DNA of 64,000 nucleotides from Clostridiales bacterium (GTDB lineage: Bacteria > Bacillota > Clostridia > Saccharofermentanales > Saccharofermentanaceae): assembly GCA_017513085.1 (NCBI GenBank), contig JAFWDK010000022.1:68919-132918 (forward strand). The letters run 5' to 3'. Made by a program: the position numbers and the translations under genes. Positions within the stretch are counted from its first letter, which is position 1, and every line of letters starts with the position of its first letter. The notes under the pieces are model-generated. The model was not told the origin of the DNA and searched no databases. It worked only from the letters and a program-made list of their open reading frames with translations. Of the stretch, positions 48,943 through 58,202 are shown piece after piece.

Positions 48943-50238
48943 TCATGATTCGAGGTACAACGCTTTGATACAGACATTGTTCGGGGTGTATTCCATGCCG
49001 AATATTTCTTTTGCGGACGGATCGGACATATCGATCCATTTGCCGTCTTTAAGGATAAAGGACTGCCCGGCCTCTGAACCGGAAACGTAATACACACCAT
49101 GATGGGATTCCGGAACTTCTGATTCGACCGGGATCGCGGAACTGTACGTGATAACGATCGAATAATCCTCAACATCGAGCGGGGAATCCAGATCGATCAC
49201 ATAGTAGCCTCCGTAGGTAAACTCCGCTTCTTTAGTGGCCAGAACTTCTGTCATGGATGCATCCCGCACTTCGATCTTGATCCTGGTAGCGGAAGGATCC
49301 AGCACATAGTCATTGCCTAACACATTTCTGATACCCACATATGTACCTACTGCAGCCAGTTTTCCCTTTTCGTGGAAGACATTTGCAGCCATGTTCTGAT
49401 CACCGGTATCGATCGAATCGAGACAGCCGCCTTCGTAACTTAGGATCTTCGAGTATTTATCCGAAACATAAAGAAGACTATCGTAGACGAGATTGGAATC
49501 ATAAGATATCCAGAAATAGCCGTCATTTGCGTAGTCCGGTCCCATGCTGTCTTTGGCCAGCCATGCTCCGTCATTCTTCGGGAGATCCTTGCCCAGAAAT
49601 GCTCCGAAATACTCTTTCGGGAAATAGTCGTCCCAGCCTACCAGACAGATCTCGTGATGCAGATCGCCTTTCTTTGCCGGATCATCGTAAAGTGTATAAT
49701 ATCCGTGATCCGATCCATAAAAATTTGCGCCACCGAAACTAATGCCAGCCATGACAGAGCCTCTGGTCTTGATGATCTCCTGGATCTGTTCGCGGGTTGC
49801 AAAACTGTATGGTTCATTGTTTTCATCCGAGCCGGAATAAATAGGCGCCTCGACCAGCGCATATCCGCTATCGCCGATTCCGTTGGACAAAGAATTGATC
49901 ACGATGGAACCCTTGCCCGGAGTAACATTTACATCCAGATCGTAATGCCACCCTTCTTCATGTCCGGTCAGAACACTTTTCAGAATATCGACCGGTGTAA
50001 AATCAAGTTTTTTGCCATCACGGACCAGGCTGCTGATCAGTATCGATGAAGTGGCCGCATGTCCCCAGCATCCACCGCTTCCTTGTTTGGTGACTTCCGA
50101 GGATATACCGTTATCCACCTGGGAATAGTAACCTTTCTTCCCATGCACATAGTCACCCTTTTTTCCGCAACTTCCAAGCGCTAAGATCATCGCTGTCACG
50201 AGGGTCAGCGAAACCGTGTTTTTCCATGTGTTTTTCAT
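48943..50238 (-). CDS. Lipoprotein papain-family (C1) cysteine peptidase with lectin-like C-terminal domain
   Basis: Lipobox LGSC; QGSGGCWGHA, HEICLVGWDD, GAWLAKDSMG..GYFWISY; C-terminal AANVF..L.AVG..GYY.IDL..P.E. Confidence 0.85.
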   Translation of the reverse strand: MKNTWKNTVSLTLVTAMILALGSCGKKGDYVHGKKGYYSQVDNGISSEVTKQGSGGCWGHAATSSILISSLVRDGKKLDFTPVDILKSVLTGHEEGWHYDLDVNVTPGKGSIVINSLSNGIGDSGYALVEAPIYSGSDENNEPYSFATREQIQEIIKTRGSVMAGISFGGANFYGSDHGYYTLYDDPAKKGDLHHEICLVGWDDYFPKEYFGAFLGKDLPKNDGAWLAKDSMGPDYANDGYFWISYDSNLVYDSLLYVSDKYSKILSYEGGCLDSIDTGDQNMAANVFHEKGKLAAVGTYVGIRNVLGNDYVLDPSATRIKIEVRDASMTEVLATKEAEFTYGGYYVIDLDSPLDVEDYSIVITYSSAIPVESEVPESHHGVYYVSGSEAGQSFILKDGKWIDMSDPSAKEIFGMEYTPNNVCIKALYLES

Positions 50239-50537
50239 TTTTCTCCCGGCTTTTTTGTAAAAAGCTTATCCCCTTTGTATATCTCTTTCTTCATCTTGAT
50301 TCTAACAAACGTTCGAACGGTCTAATACCCGACAAAAACTCACAGATGACAGGACAATGTTCAGAGTATGCTTTTGGCCTTTTTTACATATTTATAGCAT
50401 TTATAGCAATAAAATCGACACGAAAAAAAGAAAACAACATAAATTCATAAATATTTGTGATAAAATACGCTACGTATTTGTATGGATTGGCTGCTGTGCA
50501 AATATAAAGAATAGCTTTTAGAGGAAGGAAAAAAAGA

Positions 50538-53168
50538 ATGAAAAGGCTAGCTAAGATTTTAGCCGCATCTTTAAGTGCGGCTGTTGTCTTGCCGACTTTC
50601 GGTAAGATCGGTGTTGATGCGACAGGCGGAGTTGCCATCAACGAAGAAAACTTCCCGGATCCGAACTTCCGGGCGTGCATCGTTAGAGATTTTGACGATG
50701 ACAAGAACGGCTATCTGAGTGATAGCGAGATCCAACTGATCTGGAATGTTCACTGCGAAAACAGTGACGTATACTCGGTAAAGGGTATTGAACACTTTCC
50801 TTATCTTAAGGGTCTTTGGTGTAAAGGAAACCATATTACGGAACTTGATCTTTCGGGAAACCCGGATCTCCGTGGTATCTGGTGTTCTTTTAACGATTTT
50901 AAATCTCTGGATTTTTCAGATTGCCCGAAACTTGAGTGGGTCTACTGCTTTAACTGCAATCTGGAAAGCCTGAATGTCCGCAATAACCCGGAAATGGCAT
51001 ATATCGAGTGTAATGCCAATCCTAAGCTCAAAGAACTTGATCTTTCTCAGAACTTTAAGTTGGAGAACCTGTTCTGCAGTGAATGCGGTCTTACTTCTTT
51101 GGATCTGTCGACTTGCCCGCTTCTTTGCGAACTGGCCGCTTTCAAGAATGATCTGGTATCTCTCGACGTTTCCAACAATCCGAATCTGAAAAGACTGGAT
51201 TACTGGCACAACGCCCGTCTGGGAAATGTTGATGTAAGTAATCTTCATGGTCTTCAGTATCTTAATTGTGCATGGACTAACGTAACGAAGCTCGATGTCA
51301 GCAATAACCCTGAGCTGGTTGAACTTGTTTGCAGTTATAACAAGGGGCTGAAGTCCGTGGATCTTTCCCACAACCCGAAACTTGCATATCTGAACGTAGA
51401 GATCGACGTCAATATGACAAAGTTGGATCTCTCCCATAACCCGAGACTTTTCCATCTGTATGCTTTCGGTATGTCCAGCCTGGATACTATCGACATCAGT
51501 AAGAACAGCCGTCTTTGCAAGGCATATAACGAGGGTACATATGTACACGAGACGGAAAACCTCGGCTATGTATATTCCAAGACTCTGGATTACGGCGGAA
51601 GTGAAGATCCGTTCGATGATCTGAAGCATATCGTTGTTTTCGATGACCGTGCGACGATCATCGGTAAGTACAATGGTACAAACGATGTTCCGGATAGTGT
51701 ACTGGATACAAATGACGGTCACTCTGATTCTGAACAGTTTGCTACACGTGCACAGGCTATGCAGCTTCTCTATGAGAAAGCCGGAAGTCCGGCTGTTGAG
51801 GGAACTTCCCGATTCAAGGATGTTGATCCGGCTGCGTCTTACGCTAATGCTGTAAAGTGGGGCGAAGACCATAAGATCTGCTTTGGTTATCCGCAGATCT
51901 GCTCGAATAATTTCTGCCCGGATGAGTTGATCTCCAGACAGGATTTCTCCCTTATGGCGCACAGATATGCAGATTGCCTGCATTTCGGTACTGCTTTTGA
52001 CTATGGTAGAACAGACTGGTTCGATGATTTCTTCGACATTGATTTCTATTGCTGGGGTACTTTTACCTGGGCGATCCAGTGGAGAGTATTGAAGTATGAC
52101 AAAGATAGCAATCTCTGCAAGCCTCGAGGAAGACTGACTGTTGCCGAGCTTAAGGCAGGCGTAGATGAGATCTTCGATCTTGACGAGGGTGCATCCTATT
52201 CCGATAGAGTCGGTGGTAACCATGGTGCACCGACGCCGGTTCAGCCGACTCCGACAACAGCACCGGGTCAGCCGACCGCTGCACCGCAGCCAGGTGATCC
52301 AAATCCGACGACTGCTCCGGTACAGCCGACAGCAGCTCCGGTACAGCCGACAGGAGCGCCGGTTTCACCGGCTCCGGCAACTCCGACTCCTACGCTGACA
52401 CCGGTCCCGGAGAAAGAACCTTCTATTGCAGATTTCGTTGAGCGTCTCTACACGATCGCGTTGAACCGTGAATCCGAGCCGGCAGGAAAAGCTTTCTGGG
52501 TCAAGGAGATCGAAGACGGTAACCGTACAGGCGGTGACTGTGCTTACTTCTTCCTGATCGAAGCACCGGAGTTCCAGAACCGTGGATTGGGTGACGAAGA
52601 TTTCGTTGAGACACTTTATAAGACATTCTTTGATCGTGCTTCCGAAGCAGACGGTAAGGCTTTCTGGGTAGGTCAGCTGAAGAATAAGACGATGACCAGA
52701 GATCAGGTCATCATGGGCTTCATTGATTCGAAAGAATGGTGCAATGTCTGCGCGACATATGGAGTGAAGTCCGGCGCACCGACTGCCAAGGCTGAAATTG
52801 CTTCGAAGAACGCGATCAACTTTGCCACACGTCTTTATACCTGCTGCCTCGGAAGAGAAGCAGAAGAGGGCGGCCTGAAGTACTGGTCGTTGGCACTTAC
52901 CAACCTTGAGCAGACTGGCTGCAGTGCAGCGAAACTGTTCTTCACAGGTAATGAGTTTGTTGGACTCAATCTCAAGGATGATGAGTATGTGACAAGACTT
53001 TATTTGACCTTTATGGATCGTGAACCGCAGGCGGGCGAAGTTTCCTACTGGGCAGGCGAGATTGCCAAGGGTACACAGACCAGAGACAGCGTACTTGCTT
53101 TCTTCGGACAGAGTGAAGAGTTCACGGAAATCTGTAAGAAGTATGGTATCGATCGTGGCACGATGTGA
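50538..53168 (+). CDS. Secreted LRR surface protein with SLH-like region, PT-rich linker and DUF4214-type repeats
   Basis: Signal peptide; NFPDPNFR cap; many LDLSxNxxL repeats; TRAQ..LY...F.DV...YANAVKW...F.P...I.RQ SLH pattern; C-terminal FVERLY module. Confidence 0.87.
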   Translation: MKRLAKILAASLSAAVVLPTFGKIGVDATGGVAINEENFPDPNFRACIVRDFDDDKNGYLSDSEIQLIWNVHCENSDVYSVKGIEHFPYLKGLWCKGNHITELDLSGNPDLRGIWCSFNDFKSLDFSDCPKLEWVYCFNCNLESLNVRNNPEMAYIECNANPKLKELDLSQNFKLENLFCSECGLTSLDLSTCPLLCELAAFKNDLVSLDVSNNPNLKRLDYWHNARLGNVDVSNLHGLQYLNCAWTNVTKLDVSNNPELVELVCSYNKGLKSVDLSHNPKLAYLNVEIDVNMTKLDLSHNPRLFHLYAFGMSSLDTIDISKNSRLCKAYNEGTYVHETENLGYVYSKTLDYGGSEDPFDDLKHIVVFDDRATIIGKYNGTNDVPDSVLDTNDGHSDSEQFATRAQAMQLLYEKAGSPAVEGTSRFKDVDPAASYANAVKWGEDHKICFGYPQICSNNFCPDELISRQDFSLMAHRYADCLHFGTAFDYGRTDWFDDFFDIDFYCWGTFTWAIQWRVLKYDKDSNLCKPRGRLTVAELKAGVDEIFDLDEGASYSDRVGGNHGAPTPVQPTPTTAPGQPTAAPQPGDPNPTTAPVQPTAAPVQPTGAPVSPAPATPTPTLTPVPEKEPSIADFVERLYTIALNRESEPAGKAFWVKEIEDGNRTGGDCAYFFLIEAPEFQNRGLGDEDFVETLYKTFFDRASEADGKAFWVGQLKNKTMTRDQVIMGFIDSKEWCNVCATYGVKSGAPTAKAEIASKNAINFATRLYTCCLGREAEEGGLKYWSLALTNLEQTGCSAAKLFFTGNEFVGLNLKDDEYVTRLYLTFMDREPQAGEVSYWAGEIAKGTQTRDSVLAFFGQSEEFTEICKKYGIDRGTM

Positions 53169-53170
53169 GC

Positions 53171-53280
53171 CGCAGAACTGATTCTTCGTCGCTGGTCCTC
53201 AGAAAGCAGTTCTGCTTCGCGGAGAGAGGAGTGCAGGATTGCGGCTGGGATCAGATGGGATACAAGATAAGGGTATCCGA
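53171..53280 (+). repeat. Short palindromic element plus GGATAC/GTATCC hairpin (copy A)
   Basis: GCAGAACTG..ttcttcgtcgctggt..cctcagaaa..CAGTTCTGC and gggatacaaga..ggtatccga, both shared with 63773-64000. Confidence 0.75.
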
Positions 53281-53300
53281 TAAATAGATAAACAAAGTGA

Positions 53301-53337
53301 AGGGCGGATTCCGGGTGACCGGGATCCGCTCTTTTTT
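53301..53337 (+). terminator. Rho-independent terminator
   Basis: agggcggattccgg/ccgggatccgctct stem plus T-run. Confidence 0.85.
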
Positions 53338-53382
53338 GTGGGAAAACTTTGATCAGCTACGATACAAGGTTGCGATTTCTGA

Positions 53383-53934
53383 TTACTTAAGGTTCTTGTA
53401 CATCAGGATCTCATCGTGGTATGTTCCGTCATCGAACAGAAGGGCATTGTGGCGGCGCCCGGTCTTGATAAAACCACACTTGCGGTAGAGTGCCTGTGCC
53501 TGCTCGTTTTCGACAACGACTTCGAGATCGACCTGGTGCCAGCCGATCTGAGCCGCCAGTTCGGTCATGTAATTGATCATGGCTGTTCCGATGCCCAGTC
53601 CCCAGAATTCTTCATAAAGCGCGATGGCAAGAGAGCATCTGTGACGGATCTTCCTTTTTTCTCCGATTCCGCTGATGCTTCCGTTTCCGGCGATTTTGCC
53701 ATCTACGACAGCTGCCATCATGATCGTGTATGGGTCTTCCAATAATCTTCCAAGGATCTCCTTCTCGCCTTCCAAAGTATAGTTTACTTCATCCGGGTTA
53801 CGAAGAAGGAAAGGAGTTTCGGCCGAAGTTTTCTTGAGATATTCCAACATACCTTCTGCCAGATCCGGCGCATTGGGGCGAAGAATGCAGGTTCTTCCAT
53901 CTTTCAAAGTGATTTCTCTTTCCAAAAAGCGCAT
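53383..53934 (-). CDS. GNAT family N-acetyltransferase
   Basis: FWGLGIGTAM motif A, LEV...N..A.ALY.K.GF; RBS gaggtg before ATG 53934. Confidence 0.9.
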   Translation of the reverse strand: MRFLEREITLKDGRTCILRPNAPDLAEGMLEYLKKTSAETPFLLRNPDEVNYTLEGEKEILGRLLEDPYTIMMAAVVDGKIAGNGSISGIGEKRKIRHRCSLAIALYEEFWGLGIGTAMINYMTELAAQIGWHQVDLEVVVENEQAQALYRKCGFIKTGRRHNALLFDDGTYHDEILMYKNLK

Positions 53935-54027
53935 ATCGGGACACCTCGTTTCTTTCGTTTTTCTCATTGTATCGGGACACGGAAAAAGAAACAAGTATGC
54001 TGCTGGTATAAGACCTCGAAGAAAAGA

Positions 54028-55968
54028 TCACATTCCGAAAGAAGTGTTTTCCCGGCAAACAAAATAGTTGAAACGAGGGTCATAGATGATTTCGATGCCT
54101 GTCGAGAAGGTCTGCCCGTAGCGGTTTTTGATAATGCTCAGTTCCAATTCGCGCGGGTTCTTCTCTTTCGCCTCTTCGAGATAGAAGTCACGTTCGTCGA
54201 CATGGGAGAAGTGGAAAGTGATCAGCACATCTGTAGCGGCCTCGATCCGTCGCAGATATGAAAGTGTTTCTTTATCCTCGACACCTTTCTTGATCGGATG
54301 GCTCCATGAAGAGATACACAGTATCGGGATCTCGAAATCTCTAGCCAGACGGCTGAGCGCACTGACATTTTTGTCCACGAAGAAATTATCTTCGATCTGC
54401 TTTTCTTTTACGGATACGAACATTCCTTGAAGAGAGTCAATGATGACGATCGGAGAAGTGTTATTCGTTACACTTCTGTACAATGCCAGTTTTTCCCGAA
54501 TATCGTCAACGGAGATGCTTCCGGTCAGGTCATAGATGAACAGATGATTGGCGTAAGTTCTGTATTCGTTGATACTGGAACCCAAAACGGAGATCTCGTC
54601 ACGACTGTAGCTTCTCCACTTGCGGCCATCTGCAACACCCAGGCCGGACTTGGCATAACTAAGCGGAATGTTATGCTTTTCACAGTATTCATATGTTTCT
54701 CTGCTGATCGACTTGCTGATCAGGTCCTTCTTGGACTGCGACAGAGAGAAGAACAGGACATCCTGACCTTGCTTGGCCAGATTATCTGCTATCTGCACCA
54801 GGAAAGTGGTTTTGCCGAGAGAAGAGGCCCCACCGAAAACATAAAGTCCGGGGAAGAGTCCGCCGTCTAAGGCTTCATCCAGCCCGGAAAAACCGGTTTG
54901 CGGAAGAGTTTTAGAGGCACTGGATTTGATTTCCCGCAGAAGACCGGAGACAGCACTTCCTGCCGAGAAGCCGGAAAACTCTTCGCGTGCGCATTCGATC
55001 TGATCCGGAAGAGCAAAAGCCTGCTTGGTGGCAGATTCGATATTTGCGCGAAGACCGGACATGTCTTCCACTAAGCGATGATTCACATCTTTATATCCGC
55101 TGGAGATCTCCGGATAACTCAAGAAAGCAATCTTGCGCTTCTTCAGTTCAAGCGAAAGGAGCTCATTCAGATCATTGGGCAGACAGAGGATAAGAGGAAC
55201 TTTAGGGACCTGCATATCAATATCTTTTACCAGAAGTGACAAAGAGAAGGAGGAGAGGATCGCTATGGCCTGCCCGCCCAGCTGGATAATGGAGAGGGCG
55301 TCGAAAATTCCACCGCAAACGAAGATAGGTTCTTCGCTTTCGTCGAGAAGACACTGTCCGTTGAAGATCTTGGCAGTACCATGTTTCCTGAACTTATGAC
55401 GATTTCTCGTAACATTCATTTCCACGTCGATATTTCGGGCTTCGTATGTTGATTCAGAAGTCGGAAGGATGACGGCACGGTAGGACTGTCCTGTGATTTC
55501 ATCTACAAAGTTTTCGTCATAGCCGAGATAGAAACGTTCGATCATCTCATCGCTGATGCCTCTTTTGCGGAAGTAATTCGTCTGAGAGACATTCTCGTGA
55601 CAATCCAGAATATACTCTGACATCTTTCTGGAGGAGTCTTGTTCCCTAGGTTCTTCCGACGGTGCTTCGTGTATGAGCTCCACGTCATAGATTGAACAGG
55701 CTTCAAGGAAGATCTTCGAGTAATTCTCGGAAGATGCATAAAGTTTGACTTTCTTAAGGTCAGCAAGAAGCTGGAAAATGTCAGATGTTTTCTTACATGC
55801 AGGACAATAAAACTCTTTCGCCGCACTGCCGTAATACAATCCGGACTCGCCTTCTTCTTTCCCGTAATGGCAGGCAGGGCAGACATATGTCTTTTCAGAT
55901 GCTTTTTCAAGAAAAATCGGCATCTGACCCTTGATATAATCCATGGCATCCTGGTAATTCAATTCCAT
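54028..55968 (-). CDS. Primase-helicase fusion (Zn finger, TOPRIM-like, DnaB-like SF4 helicase), catalytically degenerate
   Basis: CPAC..CPAC; YF.KRGIS; IFVCGGIFDALS; YKDVN; TGF..LD.ALDGGL; GASSLGKTT; IIDSLQ; LARDFEIP; IIKNRYG. Confidence 0.82.
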   Translation of the reverse strand: MELNYQDAMDYIKGQMPIFLEKASEKTYVCPACHYGKEEGESGLYYGSAAKEFYCPACKKTSDIFQLLADLKKVKLYASSENYSKIFLEACSIYDVELIHEAPSEEPREQDSSRKMSEYILDCHENVSQTNYFRKRGISDEMIERFYLGYDENFVDEITGQSYRAVILPTSESTYEARNIDVEMNVTRNRHKFRKHGTAKIFNGQCLLDESEEPIFVCGGIFDALSIIQLGGQAIAILSSFSLSLLVKDIDMQVPKVPLILCLPNDLNELLSLELKKRKIAFLSYPEISSGYKDVNHRLVEDMSGLRANIESATKQAFALPDQIECAREEFSGFSAGSAVSGLLREIKSSASKTLPQTGFSGLDEALDGGLFPGLYVFGGASSLGKTTFLVQIADNLAKQGQDVLFFSLSQSKKDLISKSISRETYEYCEKHNIPLSYAKSGLGVADGRKWRSYSRDEISVLGSSINEYRTYANHLFIYDLTGSISVDDIREKLALYRSVTNNTSPIVIIDSLQGMFVSVKEKQIEDNFFVDKNVSALSRLARDFEIPILCISSWSHPIKKGVEDKETLSYLRRIEAATDVLITFHFSHVDERDFYLEEAKEKNPRELELSIIKNRYGQTFSTGIEIIYDPRFNYFVCRENTSFGM

Positions 55969-56196
55969 AGAAACTGTTCCCCCCGGTTTCGTATTCTCCT
56001 TATACACCAGTAAAGCCGAAAAACAGGGAAAAGTAAAGGTTTTTAGATAAGAAACATGGTTTTTCCGGTTGTTTGATTGAAACAGGGATGACACTGACTC
56101 TTCGAAATCAGATGTCAAACAATTTCTCATTTATGATATCGACCTGCGGACCATTTCTATACTCCGAGAGCGTCAACAGGAAACAGAAAAAAAGCA

Positions 56197-56205
56197 TGCT
56201 ATAAT
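56197..56205 (+). promoter_or_regulatory. Extended -10 promoter element
   Basis: TGCTATAAT upstream of the GH8 gene. Confidence 0.6.
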
Positions 56206-56247
56206 GAATACTATCGTTAAGTGAGAAGCACTAAGGAGGGGATCATC

Positions 56248-57393
56248 CTGGACAAGAGAACATACCGGAACGTCTTTTTGGAGATCGGAAAGACGGAAGA
56301 GGAGATAGAAAAAAAGATCAAAGAAGCTGTGCAGACATTCTTTTTTGATGAGAAGGAACGTATCTACCATGAAGCCGGTGAGGACATGGGGTATTTGGAA
56401 GATACGGGTAATCATGACGTGAGGACGGAAGGCATGTCCTATGGCATGATGATGGCCGTGCAGCTGGATAGAAAAGATATCTTTGACCGGATATGGAAAT
56501 GGGCGAAGACATATATGTATATGGATCAGGGAGATAACGAAGGATACTTCGCCTGGTCCTGCAAGACGGACGGAACAAAGAATGCTTTTGGTCCTGCACC
56601 GGACGGAGAAGAGTTCTTCGCTATGTCACTGTTTTTTGCTTCACACAGATGGGGCGATGGAGAAGGGATCTTCGCATATAGTGAACAGGCCGGATCGATC
56701 CTTCGCGCATGCCTCCACAAGGGAGAAAACGGACGCGTGGGCGCGCCGATGTGGAACCATGAGAACCATCTGTTTCTTTTTGTGCCGGGATGTCCGTTTA
56801 CTGATCCGTCGTACCATTTGCCGCATTTTTATGAGCTTTTTGCATTGTGGGCGGATGAAGAGGATCGGGATTTCTTCCGCCAGGCCGCGACGGCGAGCCG
56901 GGAGTATCTGGTCACAGCCTGCCATCCGAAGAGCGGACTGAATGCTGAATATGCACATTTCGATGGTTCACCGGTAGAGGAGAAATTGCCCTGGGGATAT
57001 TTCGGAGATTTCTTCAGTGATGCTTACAGGACTGCTGCCAATATCGGTCTGGATGCGGAATGGTTTGGAAAAGATGCCGGACAGTTCAGCATCCCGCTTC
57101 GTATGATGCAATTCTTCGGAACTGATCTTGAGGCGGTAAGGTGCGCTTATAAGATCGACGGGACACCACTGGAACGTCCTGTGCTTCACCCGCTCGGGCT
57201 TCTTGCCACGATTGCGCAAAGTGCCCTGACTGTACCACATAGTGATGCGGAAGGAAGTGCTTTTGCCGTAGCAAGAAAATGGGTGGAATGGTTCTGGAAC
57301 CAGCCGCTCCGAAAGGGCAACCGCCGCTACTATGACAATTGCCTGAGTATGTTTGCGCTTCTGGCGCTATCCGGAAATTACCGTATATGGTGA
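56248..57393 (+). CDS. Glycoside hydrolase family 8, reducing-end xylose-releasing exo-oligoxylanase-like
   Basis: YRNVF, DVRTEGMSYGMM, FAWS, PAPDGEEFFAM, FTDPSYHLPHFY, SDAYR, RYYDNCL; no signal peptide. Start is uncertain (GTG 56221 or CTG 56248). Confidence 0.9.
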   Translation: MDKRTYRNVFLEIGKTEEEIEKKIKEAVQTFFFDEKERIYHEAGEDMGYLEDTGNHDVRTEGMSYGMMMAVQLDRKDIFDRIWKWAKTYMYMDQGDNEGYFAWSCKTDGTKNAFGPAPDGEEFFAMSLFFASHRWGDGEGIFAYSEQAGSILRACLHKGENGRVGAPMWNHENHLFLFVPGCPFTDPSYHLPHFYELFALWADEEDRDFFRQAATASREYLVTACHPKSGLNAEYAHFDGSPVEEKLPWGYFGDFFSDAYRTAANIGLDAEWFGKDAGQFSIPLRMMQFFGTDLEAVRCAYKIDGTPLERPVLHPLGLLATIAQSALTVPHSDAEGSAFAVARKWVEWFWNQPLRKGNRRYYDNCLSMFALLALSGNYRIW

Positions 57394-57431
57394 ACGACGG
57401 ATCATGAGTAGGGAATACCGGCCCGTGGTCT

Positions 57432-58202
57432 TTACGGCTGTTCCGGGATCCAGCACATATAATATCCGCAGTTCGGATCACACGGGAAATCCTGGAGCTG
57501 TTCTTTGGTCAGGGTGCCTTGAAGGGTGATATCAGCGGATCGTAGATAGCCGCAGGAAACATTCTGTACCCGATGCACATCGTAACCCAGTTCCGAAAGC
57601 CGCTTCAGTTCAGCTTCCATTCTTTCGTCGATCGTTGCTTCATTATTGCCGAAAGATATAGTTTCTCCGCTTTCCGTATAGAAGACCAGCTCGATATTGA
57701 TTGCGACTTTCATATGCGGATCAGCATCGTCATGAAGCAGTACCGAGAGCTGGCTGCATGAATTGATCTTTCCGCGGCCAGGTACGTACTCATCCCAGCT
57801 GCATTCTTGTTCCGGAGCCATTCTTACATCGTCCGCGAAAGTGGGATCGCTGGCAAAAGACTCTTCAGTCGGAATCGTGGTCGTCTCAGAAAAAGTCGTC
57901 GTCGGCGGATTCGCTTCGGTAGGAGGAAGATCCGACGGAATATATGGAATAGTGGTCGCATAGGTTGAGCTTTGTATCATATTATTGTTATTTATCTGAG
58001 TGAAAAGCACTATCGTTCCGCCGATCACAAGGATTCCGGCGGCTGCGACGCCTATGATGTGCCACGGGATGATGGAGCGGATCTTCGGGCGGGTAGAATG
58101 TTCCTTAAAGGAATAGTCGGCAGCTTCCTCAATGTGTTTTTCCGAAATGCCGGTAATGGCCTCGAAGATCTTATCTTCTTTTTCCAGTCTGTCATTACTC
58201 AT
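57432..58202 (-). CDS. Putative anti-sigma factor (single TM)
   Basis: ATGA overlap with the ECF gene; IFEAITGISEKHIEEA helix, one TM, P/T linker. Confidence 0.7.
   Translation of the reverse strand: MSNDRLEKEDKIFEAITGISEKHIEEAADYSFKEHSTRPKIRSIIPWHIIGVAAAGILVIGGTIVLFTQINNNNMIQSSTYATTIPYIPSDLPPTEANPPTTTFSETTTIPTEESFASDPTFADDVRMAPEQECSWDEYVPGRGKINSCSQLSVLLHDDADPHMKVAINIELVFYTESGETISFGNNEATIDERMEAELKRLSELGYDVHRVQNVSCGYLRSADITLQGTLTKEQLQDFPCDPNCGYYMCWIPEQP

Noticed and set aside
50391-50408. tttatagca tandem duplication in the divergent promoter region
   Set aside because: Two 9-bp AT-rich copies, no second site found; insufficient to call an operator.
56021-56090. AAACA(G/T)GG repeats upstream of the primase-helicase as possible iterons
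   Set aside because: Only 8-9 bp, irregular spacing (31 and 28 nt), compatible with chance in an A-rich spacer.
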